From positions 533,711-597,710 of the forward strand of contig OZ251578.1 in NCBI GenBank assembly GCA_965243835.1: a stretch of DNA of 64,000 nt, written 5' to 3'. Source of the stretch: Candidatus Spongiisociaceae bacterium (GTDB taxonomy: Bacteria > Actinomycetota > Acidimicrobiia > Spongiisociales > Spongiisociaceae). The notes beneath the pieces are model-generated. The model searched no databases and was not told the DNA's origin. It was given only the letters and a program-made list of their open reading frames with translations. The position numbers were made by a program, and so were the translations under genes. Of this stretch, positions 56,201-64,000 are shown one piece after another (within the stretch, counting starts at the first letter, position 1; each line of letters opens with the position of its first letter).

Positions 56201-59200
56201 ATGACGGCGCGCGTGTTTGGTAAGCGTTTGGTGATTGGTTTGGGTGTGTTGGGTTTGGTTGCGGGTTTGTTGGGCGCGGGCCCGGAGGGGGCGTTGGGTG
56301 TGCATGGGGAGGATGATGATGTGGATTTTGAGCCGTTGTATTCGGCGTGCGTGGGCGCGGCGGCGGAGTCGTTTGGGTTTGAGGACACGGTGGGGACGGC
56401 CGCGGAGGAGTCGATTGATTGCATTGCGCATTATGGGGTGACGACGGGCCGGTCGGCGACGGTGTACGCGCCGCGGGAGTCGGTGTTGCGGTGGCAGATG
56501 GCGTTGTTTATCGCCCGGGCGGCGGGTCCGGCGGGGATCGTGTTGGAGAGCCCGGCGGAGGATCAGGGCTTCGCCGACATCGGGGGCGTGAGTTCTGCGG
56601 CGCGTAATGCGATTAATGGTTTGGCGAAGGCGGGGATTATGGCGGGCACGTCGGCGACGACGTTCAGCCCCAACGCGTCGGTCACGCGCGGTTCCATGGC
56701 GGTGTTGCTGGACGCGTTGGTGCGGGAGGCGCGGCCGGGGGCGGGGGCGTTTGGGGGCGCGGACGGGTTTTCGGATGTGGTTTGGGACAATCCGGGGGTG
56801 TTTAATGACATTAGCAGGGTGTCGTTGTCTACGTATAACGCGATTGGGCGTATTTACGAGTTGGGGATTACCAAGGGGGTGGGGGATCATGAGTATGGGC
56901 CGGAGCGGTTGGTGACGCGGGCGCAGATGGCGGCGTTCATCGCCCGGGCGTTGGCGCATACCGCGGCTCGTCCGGCGGGTGTGTCGGTTCAGGCGGAGAA
57001 GGATTTGTTGAAGGGGACGGGGGATTCGGCGGCGTTGGTGGTGTCGGTGAGGGACGCCGCGTTCCAGCCGGTGGTGGACGCTCCGGTGGACGTATTCCGC
57101 GCCGCGGCCGATGATGACGTGTTCGGGGAGGACGGCGCCTGTGTCTCCGACAAGGTCACGTCGTTGACGGGTTCGGGCAAGTGCCGGATTGACGTGGGGG
57201 ATGAGCAGACCGACCTTTCCGGGGATGTAACCGCCCTGTCCCTGGGCGGGGTTGCGGCTGACACCACGGTGTGGGCTTGGACCGGCGACATCGGCGACGA
57301 CTACGATTCGGACGACACCGTCGCCGCGCAGGCGACGGTGGGGTACGCCAAAGCGGCCAACGGGCTATTAGTTACCGACAACTTGGCGGAGGGGCAAACC
57401 AAGCTGGAGTTCGGGGAGACCGCCTCGATTGTCATTCAGGTGGTGGATGAGGATGATAAGGCGGTGCCGGAAAGCGGCCACCGGGTGACCGTCGCCCAAG
57501 AGGTAACCGCGGGGGATAGTTCCAATTCTTCTTCCCGGACGATGTCCACCGACGGGGACGGGAAGATCGCGTTGGAGTTCACCCAGACCGACCCCGATAC
57601 CGAGACGGGGGATACCGCGTCGGTGGTGTTGACGCTCAGCGACCCACCCGACGAACTTCCGTTGCGGGACGAAGACGGCAAAACGTTCACCGCCAAGACC
57701 TACGCATGGGCTGACGAGGATCCCGAGCCCACCCACCTGGTGTTGGAGCAACGGTTCGATTCCGCCGAGGCCTCCGATGAGGGGCCGGGGGCGGGGGCTT
57801 CCCTGACCGCCACCCTCACCGACCAGTTCGGTGCTCCCATAAGGGGCCAGACCATCCATTTCTGGTCGGACGACCCGGTAGGAGTGGGCGAAGAGTCCGA
57901 AGACACGTATTTGCCTTGGATGCGGAGCGTTCTGGCCGGGGAGGCGCGCGGATTCCATATCCGTTTGCATTTCACGATACTGCACAATCTGATCAGCGAA
58001 GCCCGTTACCAGCGCACCACCAACCGGTCCGGACAGGCCATCTTGTCCTACAACCGCGATGCCGACACGTCCGTGATCGAGACGGTGCGGGCGCGGCTGA
58101 TACGTGGAGACGATGATCTCACCACCGTGGACAGTGAGGACCCGCCGGACTTGCTAAGCGAGAAGTTGTCGTTCTACTGGGCCCGCGATCTGGGCGATAG
58201 GGAGGCGGCCTCCGGTCGGATTCTGGTGAAAGAGATGGACGCCCGGCGGGTGGTGTTCGCCGACGAGGAGGGAGGGGTGAGGAGGATCGCCTACGACGGC
58301 AACGACCAGTTCCGCATCGACGGGGCCCCGCAGGTGATGGCCGAATTCGAGAAATTCCTGGATGAAACCGCCGCCCACCTCGATGTAACCTCCTACACCG
58401 AGGATCCCGGCAAGGTCAGCTCCATCGGCGCCTCGTCGGAATGGCCGCAAGTGGACCTGTCCGCCGTACCGGTGCCGGAAGCCACCGGGCTGACCATTTC
58501 CAGCCTGAACAACGGCCACGTGCACTACGCGACGGACGGGGACACGATCGTGGTCGGCTCCTTCCGGGAGAACAACTACGCCGGGGCGGTGTACGTGTAC
58601 GACGGAGTGGACGACCCGACGCCGACCAAGTTGACGGCGCCCACCCCCCAACCCGGCACATTCACCGACGACTACACCACCACGACCTGGTGGAACAAAC
58701 CGTGGGAGTTGAACTTGCCTACTTCCGGCGGAGCGTTCGGATGGGCGGTGGACATCCGCGGCGACACCCTGGTAGTCGGCGAGCCGGGCCGGCACAGCGC
58801 CCGCATGCTCAGCAGAGGCTCCCCCACTCCCTTGGCAGGGCCGGCTACGGACGGGGCGGTTTACGTCTACGTCAGGAACGATTCCGGCGACTGGAATCTG
58901 GACGCCACCCTGACCGCGATCGGCTCCATGTTACGCGGCGGACCCTTGGCGTTGAACCATAACGGAGCCTTTGGGTTTGAGTTGGGCCGGGCGGTGGCCG
59001 TTTCCGAAGACGAAACCAGCGTCGCGGCCAGCGCCCCCCGGTTTTTCGCCACCGGGAAGCCGATAGGCGGGGTGTTCCTGTTTGCGCGCCCCGACCAGGC
59101 CAGCCGCAATGTTGCCGCCGACGGGATGTGGGACGATGACAATGGATCCTCCTCGCCCCGGTTGGATCCGACGACTGGTTATTTGAACTATAACCAGAAC

Positions 59201-59971
59201 CGGTGGCACCGGTATCTGGCCTGGGACCGGGAGTTGGCCATCTCCGAGGACGGGTCCACGGTGGTAGCGGGGGCCTCCTTTTTCAACCTGGTGGTCGACG
59301 GAGTCAGGTATGAGTGGGCGGGCGGGGCCTTTATCTTCACCGAGCCCGACGCCGGATGGGCCGCGCAGGCTTATGAACCGGACTCCACGTTGTTTTCCCC
59401 CACCGGGTATGCGTCGGAGAGACTGGGACGGTCGGTGGCGGTGTCCGCCGACGGGTCCACGGTGGCGGTCGCGGCCGGTTCCCGACCCAATATGCTGCGC
59501 CGGGGCAAGGTGCTGGTGTGGGAGCGTCCCGACCAGTCCGGCCGCCCCGCCAACGACGACTGGACGGATGAAACCGTGATGCCGACCGCCGTTTTGCACG
59601 GTCCCGAACACCCGGATGCGCCCGACACTTGCCTGCCCGTCGCCGGCCCGGTGCTGGGATGCAACATCGGAGAGGTGTTCGGGGAATGGATGGACATGAA
59701 CGACGCCGGCGACCGAATCTTGGCCGCCCGCACTTTCCGCACCGAGGGCAACCTGCGCGGTTCCGTGCTGGTCTTCACCGAACCGGCGGGCGGCTGGTCG
59801 GCGGTCACCGCCGACGCCCCCGCCTCCTCGGTCGAGTACCTGGGAGTGGAACCGAAGTCGTCTCTGGGGTGGCGCACCCACTTCGATCAAGCCACCGGCA
59901 CAATCTACGCGGCTGATGCCAACCCCGAGGACAACGGAGCCATCCGCATCTACCAGATCACCCCGCAATAA
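56201..59971 (+). CDS. Secreted SLH-domain surface protein with Ig-like middle and C-terminal FG-GAP-like beta-propeller
   Basis: Signal peptide; SLH-like V.RWQMA, VTRGSMA, VTRAQMA; repeated FG.AV.I.GD.LVVG / GAVYV / LGR.VAVS.DG.T motifs; AAAGGA RBS. Confidence 0.85.
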   Translation: MTARVFGKRLVIGLGVLGLVAGLLGAGPEGALGVHGEDDDVDFEPLYSACVGAAAESFGFEDTVGTAAEESIDCIAHYGVTTGRSATVYAPRESVLRWQMALFIARAAGPAGIVLESPAEDQGFADIGGVSSAARNAINGLAKAGIMAGTSATTFSPNASVTRGSMAVLLDALVREARPGAGAFGGADGFSDVVWDNPGVFNDISRVSLSTYNAIGRIYELGITKGVGDHEYGPERLVTRAQMAAFIARALAHTAARPAGVSVQAEKDLLKGTGDSAALVVSVRDAAFQPVVDAPVDVFRAAADDDVFGEDGACVSDKVTSLTGSGKCRIDVGDEQTDLSGDVTALSLGGVAADTTVWAWTGDIGDDYDSDDTVAAQATVGYAKAANGLLVTDNLAEGQTKLEFGETASIVIQVVDEDDKAVPESGHRVTVAQEVTAGDSSNSSSRTMSTDGDGKIALEFTQTDPDTETGDTASVVLTLSDPPDELPLRDEDGKTFTAKTYAWADEDPEPTHLVLEQRFDSAEASDEGPGAGASLTATLTDQFGAPIRGQTIHFWSDDPVGVGEESEDTYLPWMRSVLAGEARGFHIRLHFTILHNLISEARYQRTTNRSGQAILSYNRDADTSVIETVRARLIRGDDDLTTVDSEDPPDLLSEKLSFYWARDLGDREAASGRILVKEMDARRVVFADEEGGVRRIAYDGNDQFRIDGAPQVMAEFEKFLDETAAHLDVTSYTEDPGKVSSIGASSEWPQVDLSAVPVPEATGLTISSLNNGHVHYATDGDTIVVGSFRENNYAGAVYVYDGVDDPTPTKLTAPTPQPGTFTDDYTTTTWWNKPWELNLPTSGGAFGWAVDIRGDTLVVGEPGRHSARMLSRGSPTPLAGPATDGAVYVYVRNDSGDWNLDATLTAIGSMLRGGPLALNHNGAFGFELGRAVAVSEDETSVAASAPRFFATGKPIGGVFLFARPDQASRNVAADGMWDDDNGSSSPRLDPTTGYLNYNQNRWHRYLAWDRELAISEDGSTVVAGASFFNLVVDGVRYEWAGGAFIFTEPDAGWAAQAYEPDSTLFSPTGYASERLGRSVAVSADGSTVAVAAGSRPNMLRRGKVLVWERPDQSGRPANDDWTDETVMPTAVLHGPEHPDAPDTCLPVAGPVLGCNIGEVFGEWMDMNDAGDRILAARTFRTEGNLRGSVLVFTEPAGGWSAVTADAPASSVEYLGVEPKSSLGWRTHFDQATGTIYAADANPEDNGAIRIYQITPQ

Positions 59972-60009
59972 CGCATATCCTCCAACACCGCCCCGGGTTC
60001 CGTTACCGA

Positions 60010-60040
60010 GCCCCCGGGTTTTAACTTGAAAACCGGGGGC
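60010..60040. terminator. Hairpin between convergent genes, probable terminator
   Basis: gcccccgggtttt-aacttg-aaaaccgggggc stem with one bulge, plus outer ccgcccc/ggggcgg pairing. Confidence 0.6.
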
Positions 60041-60118
60041 GGGGCGGTCCTGCGAGGGGGTGCCGACCAGCGGTTGTCACAGGCGAATAGCGGATTGCCG
60101 GATTACCGGCCGGTGTTC

Positions 60119-60349
60119 CTATCCGGCGACCTGCGGGGCTTTCCCACCCAGATTGGGATGGGGGGGCAGGGACGGGTCATCGCGTACTATGCGGCCCTCC
60201 TCGTCCACCCGGTATCCCTCCGGCAACCCGTCGATGATTTCCAACAGGGCTTGCGTGAGCTGTTCGTCCTCTTCCAAGCGGTACGGGTGCTGATACTCGA
60301 ACAGATCCTGTTCCGGTGCGGCTCCGGTCGATGTTTTCATGCCGGTCAT
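60119..60349 (-). CDS. Small hypothetical acidic protein (73-76 aa)
   Basis: Protein-like composition (DLFEYQHPYRLEEDEQLTQALLEIIDGLPEGYRVDEEGRIVRDD) directly after the menC-like stop; no family recognised. Confidence 0.5.
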   Translation of the reverse strand: MTGMKTSTGAAPEQDLFEYQHPYRLEEDEQLTQALLEIIDGLPEGYRVDEEGRIVRDDPSLPPHPNLGGKAPQVAG

Positions 60350-60359
60350 CGCAACCTGT

Positions 60360-61427
60360 TTATCCCGAGATGCGGGTGGAGCGGACGATGTGGGGCGCCT
60401 CCCGGGGGTTGACCTCGTTGATTTCGTTGATTTCCAGGCCGATGCCGGGGGCGGGGAGGGGGGACATTTTACCATTGGTTTGCCGGAGTCCCTCCCGGAC
60501 GACATCGGTTTCCAGCAACCACCGGGCGGGCATCAGGTCGGTGGCGACTACCGAGCGGCGCATGGCCAGGGCCAGGGCGTGGGCGCGGCCCACCGAGGTT
60601 TCCACCAACCCGCCGATTTTGACCGCCATCCCGGCCGCTTCCGCCGCCCGCGCCGCCCGCAACGTCCCCCGAATTCCCAACAGGCCCGGTTTCAGGGACA
60701 AAATGTCGCCCTCTCCGTCCTGCGCCGCCCGCAACGCCCCCTCCAGGGTATGGGCGGACTCGTCCAGACACAGGGGCGTGGCCAGCCGGGCGCGCAACCG
60801 CCGGCTCCCCTCCCGGTCCGCGGCGGGCAACGGCTGCTCCAGATAGGCCAGCGCCCAATCGTCCGCCTCCTCCAGAAACGGGTCCCCGGCTTGGAAGCTC
60901 CCGTTGCCGTCGGCGGCCGTCTCCAAATCGGGAAACCGCTCCCGCACCGCCCGCAGATGCTCCCTCCCCGCCCCGGAAACCACCTTGATTTTCACCGATC
61001 CTGCCCCCGCCCGCACCGCCTCCTCCGCCCGGCGGCAAGTCTCCTGCGGCGTCTCTTCCAATCCGACCGCGGCGCAAGTGGTCACCGCCCGCCGTTCGCC
61101 TCCCAACCGCTCCCACAGCGGGACCCCCTCCCGGCGGGCCTCCCAATCAAAGGCCGCCTGTTCCGCGGCCGCCGCTCCGGCGGCGGGCAAACCGGCGGGC
61201 CGCCCGGCCAGGATGACGGAGGAGCGGTGCAACAGGGCGTTCCACGTCTGCCCGATGTTCTCCGCGGTGACCCCCGGGTAGGGGGCGGCCTCCCCCCACC
61301 CGGTCGTCCCTTCCCGTTCCCAGCCGACCAGGATCACTTCCCGCTCCGCAATCCTGCCCGCCCCGCTCGCAAACGCCCGCCGCAGGGGGAGGCGCAGGTG
61401 TATGAGGTGCAACGCGTCGGCTTTCAT
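60360..61427 (-). CDS. menC: o-succinylbenzoate synthase / N-acylamino acid racemase-like enolase-superfamily protein
   Basis: GWGE, KIK, ADGN, EQP, LDES, LKPG, GG..ET.VG. No other men genes nearby, so function is uncertain. Confidence 0.7.
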   Translation of the reverse strand: MKADALHLIHLRLPLRRAFASGAGRIAEREVILVGWEREGTTGWGEAAPYPGVTAENIGQTWNALLHRSSVILAGRPAGLPAAGAAAAEQAAFDWEARREGVPLWERLGGERRAVTTCAAVGLEETPQETCRRAEEAVRAGAGSVKIKVVSGAGREHLRAVRERFPDLETAADGNGSFQAGDPFLEEADDWALAYLEQPLPAADREGSRRLRARLATPLCLDESAHTLEGALRAAQDGEGDILSLKPGLLGIRGTLRAARAAEAAGMAVKIGGLVETSVGRAHALALAMRRSVVATDLMPARWLLETDVVREGLRQTNGKMSPLPAPGIGLEINEINEVNPREAPHIVRSTRISG

Positions 61428-61559
61428 ATCCGGTCAGCGTACCCGTCCCCGCCCCGTCGGGGGAACGTCCGCTAACCTCGGAGGCGGGAAAACCGACCCG
61501 ATCGCGACCCGATCGCGACCCAACTACGACCGAACCAGCGCCAAACCGGGAGAGGACAT

Positions 61560-62762
61560 ATGGCGGAACGGATAACGATGGCCGGGGGGAGGCCGCAGAC
61601 GCCCGATCACCCGATTATTCCGTTCATCGAAGGCGACGGCATCGGCCCCGACATCTGGGCGGCGGCGGTGCGGGTGTTCGACGAGGCCGTCCGCCGCGCC
61701 TACGGCGGCGCCCGGAGCATCGCCTGGCGGCAGGTGCTGGCGGGGGAGGCGGCCCACCGGCAAACGGGGGAGTGGCTGCCGGAGGAGACGGTGGAGGCCA
61801 TCCGCACCCATCTGGTGGCCATCAAAGGCCCCCTCACCACCCCGGTGGGGGGCGGCATCCGCTCACTGAACGTGGCCCTGCGTCAAATCCTGGACTTGTA
61901 CGTGTGCCTGCGTCCGGTGCGCTGGTACCGGGGGGTTCCCTCCCCGGTGCGCAACCCGCAGCTGGTGGATATGGTGATTTTCCGGGAAAACACCGAGGAC
62001 GTGTACGCGGGCCGGGAACTGGAGGAGGGCTCTCCGGAGGCCTCCCACCTGCTCGGTTTCCTGCATGGGGCCTTCGGGTGGGACATCCCCTCCGACTCCG
62101 GCCTCGGGATCAAACCGGTGTCCGAAACCGGCTCCAAACGTCTGGTGCGGGCCGCCCTCCAATTCGCCGTCGACCACGGCCGGCGGTCGGTGACGCTGGT
62201 GCACAAGGGCAACATTATGAAGTTCACCGAAGGGGCTTTCCGCAACTGGGGATACGAGGTGGCCCGCGACGAGTTCCCGGACCGGGCGGTCGCCTGGGAG
62301 GACTGCGGAGGGGAGCCGGGCGATAAAATCCTGGTGCAGGACGTGATAGCCGACGCCATGTTGCAACAGGTGCTGACCCGCCCCTCCAACTACGATGTGA
62401 TCGCCACCACCAACCTGAACGGGGATTACCTGTCGGACGCGGTGGCCGCCCAAGTGGGGGGGATCGGCATCGCCCCCGGGGGCAACATAAACTTTGAAAC
62501 CGGCCACGCCCTGTTCGAAGCCACCCATGGCACCGCCCCCAAATACGCCGGTCAGGACAAGGTAAACCCCGGTTCGGTGATCCTGTCGGGGGCGAATATG
62601 TTCCGCTACATCGGGTGGCGGGAAGCCGCCCGACTGATCGAGGATTCCCTGGAGGCGACCATCGCCGACCGGATCGTCACCTACGACTTCGCCCGCCTGA
62701 TGGACGAAGCCGTCGAGGTTTCCACCTCCCGCTTCGCCGACGCCATGCTGGAGCGCATGTAA
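61560..62762 (+). CDS. icd: NADP-dependent isocitrate dehydrogenase
   Basis: [59 protein letters not shown]. Confidence 0.96.
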   Translation: MAERITMAGGRPQTPDHPIIPFIEGDGIGPDIWAAAVRVFDEAVRRAYGGARSIAWRQVLAGEAAHRQTGEWLPEETVEAIRTHLVAIKGPLTTPVGGGIRSLNVALRQILDLYVCLRPVRWYRGVPSPVRNPQLVDMVIFRENTEDVYAGRELEEGSPEASHLLGFLHGAFGWDIPSDSGLGIKPVSETGSKRLVRAALQFAVDHGRRSVTLVHKGNIMKFTEGAFRNWGYEVARDEFPDRAVAWEDCGGEPGDKILVQDVIADAMLQQVLTRPSNYDVIATTNLNGDYLSDAVAAQVGGIGIAPGGNINFETGHALFEATHGTAPKYAGQDKVNPGSVILSGANMFRYIGWREAARLIEDSLEATIADRIVTYDFARLMDEAVEVSTSRFADAMLERM

Positions 62763-62929
62763 AGGGTTTCCCCGGGCGGCGGCGGATTGGCTGGTCGGTC
62801 GGCTTTGTCGTTCGGGGCTGCGGCGCGGGCGGGCGCGACGGCTGATTTGTCGTTCGGGGCGGCTAGATTGGGGGGCGTAAGCGACGCAACCGAACAAGCC
62901 GGGCAAGCCGAACAAGGGAGTTGAAGACC

Positions 62930-63880
62930 ATGGGTGACGACGGAATCCGCAAGATCACGGTGGTGGGAGCGGGCAACTACGGGTCCACCACCACCCAGCT
63001 TTTGGCCGGATGGGACATCGTGGACGAAGTGGTGATGGTGGACATAGTGGAAGGCCTGCCGCAGGGTTTGGCCCTGGATTTGAACCAGTCGCGGGTGGTG
63101 GAGGGGCACCGCACCCGGGTGACGGGGGTCAACGACTACGCAGCCACCGCCGGCAGCGACTTGGCGGTGATCACCGCCGGCCTGCCCCGCCGTCCCGGCA
63201 TGACCCGGATGGACCTGCTGGGGGTGAACGCCAAAATCGTCCGGCAGGTGACCGAACAGCTGATGGAGCACTCCCCGGAGGCGGTGCTGATCGTGGTCAC
63301 CAACCCGCTGGACCAGATGACCTGCCTGGCCGCCGAAGTGAGCGGATTGCCCTATAGCAAGGTGATGGGACAGGCGGGCATTCTGGACACGTCCCGGTTC
63401 GTCCATTTCATAGCGGAACGGGCGGGGGTGGACATCAGCGCGGTCACCGCCCTCACCCTGGGCAGCCACGGCGAGACGATGGTTCCGGTTCCCTCCCGTT
63501 GCTCGGTGAACGGTACGCCTCTGACCGAGGTCATGTCCCGGGAGGAAATCGACGACATCGTGCACCGCACCCGGGAAGGCGGGGCGGAGATCGTGGCCTT
63601 TTTGAAAACCGGGGGGGCCTATTACGCGCCGTCGGCGGCGGCGGCGGTGATGGCCCGCTCCGTCATCCGGGACGAGCAGAAAGAGTGGCCGGTGTGCGCC
63701 TGGGTGGAAGGCCAGTACGGGATCGACGGCGTGTTTCTGGGAGTGCCCGCCCGCTTGGGGGCCGGGGGAGTGGAGGAGGTGGTGGAGTTGCCGTTGGAGG
63801 AGGAGGAGCTGGCCGAACTGCACGCCGCCGCCCAAGCCGTCCGGGTCAAAGTGGCCCAAATGAAAGAAATAATCGGCTGA
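62930..63880 (+). CDS. mdh: Malate dehydrogenase (LDH-like)
   Basis: GAGNYG, TAGLPRRPGMTRMDL, VTNPLD, LDTSRF, GSHG; follows icd. Confidence 0.93.
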   Translation: MGDDGIRKITVVGAGNYGSTTTQLLAGWDIVDEVVMVDIVEGLPQGLALDLNQSRVVEGHRTRVTGVNDYAATAGSDLAVITAGLPRRPGMTRMDLLGVNAKIVRQVTEQLMEHSPEAVLIVVTNPLDQMTCLAAEVSGLPYSKVMGQAGILDTSRFVHFIAERAGVDISAVTALTLGSHGETMVPVPSRCSVNGTPLTEVMSREEIDDIVHRTREGGAEIVAFLKTGGAYYAPSAAAAVMARSVIRDEQKEWPVCAWVEGQYGIDGVFLGVPARLGAGGVEEVVELPLEEEELAELHAAAQAVRVKVAQMKEIIG

Positions 63881-63905
63881 CCCCGCCCCGGCTAAGCATT
63901 TCGGC

Positions 63906-63911
63906 TATACT
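63906..63911 (+). promoter_or_regulatory. Candidate -10 element for hup
   Basis: TATACT 40 nt upstream of ATG 63951; AAGGAAGGA RBS. Confidence 0.45.
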
Positions 63912-63950
63912 GGCAATCCTGGCAAATCGCTATAAGGAAGGAAACCCCAA

Positions 63951-64000
63951 ATGACCAAAGGAGAATTGGTTGACGCGGTGGCGGAGGGCTCCGGCCTTTC
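63951..64000 (+). CDS. hup: HU DNA-binding protein, N-terminal fragment cut by window edge
   Basis: MTKGELVDAVAEGSGL matches the HU N-terminal helix; strong RBS. Confidence 0.8.
   Translation, partial: MTKGELVDAVAEGSGL

Noticed and set aside
1-64000. tRNA, rRNA, integrase or transposase genes
   Set aside because: None recognised by eye; a covariance-model scan would be needed to exclude small RNAs.

Overview
High-GC bacterial window. Gene content (SLH-domain surface proteins, sodN/sodX, deoC with an aldehyde dehydrogenase pair, LDH-like mdh, several apparently leaderless genes) suggests an Actinomycetota, probably Acidimicrobiia-like and possibly host-associated; this is inference. The first 25.8 kb is one 5'-truncated giant surface-protein gene (>8,590 aa) built from dozens of Calx-beta/Ig-like modules, three plant-type LRR blocks, a Pro-rich linker and C-terminal SLH repeats. 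Next is a ~10.5 kb defence island: a Schlafen/AlbA_2-HATPase gene, a DUF6036-type nucleotidyltransferase TA-like pair, a PLD-SNF2-like helicase, a second AlbA-less HATPase paralog, and an Eco57I-like adenine methyltransferase frameshifted at a G12 tract. 9.2 kb of the island is bracketed by a 35/37-bp direct repeat copying the 5' end of the downstream nucleoside phosphorylase. The rest is mostly housekeeping (two nucleoside phosphorylases, glgB, MidA-like MTase, DUF3048, sodX/sodN, ABC transporter, metG, deoC, ALDH pair, menC-like, icd, mdh, start of hup), interrupted by a decayed GHKL-ATPase plus C5-methyltransferase insert, a frameshifted acidic secreted-protein pseudogene, an orphan MNT and a second SLH surface protein whose promoter has a G12 tract between -35 and -10. 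Most notable: two candidate poly-G phase-variation switches, the repeat-bounded integrase-free defence cassette, and the nested, loop-grafted architecture of the giant protein. All family calls come from motif recognition by eye; no searches were run.
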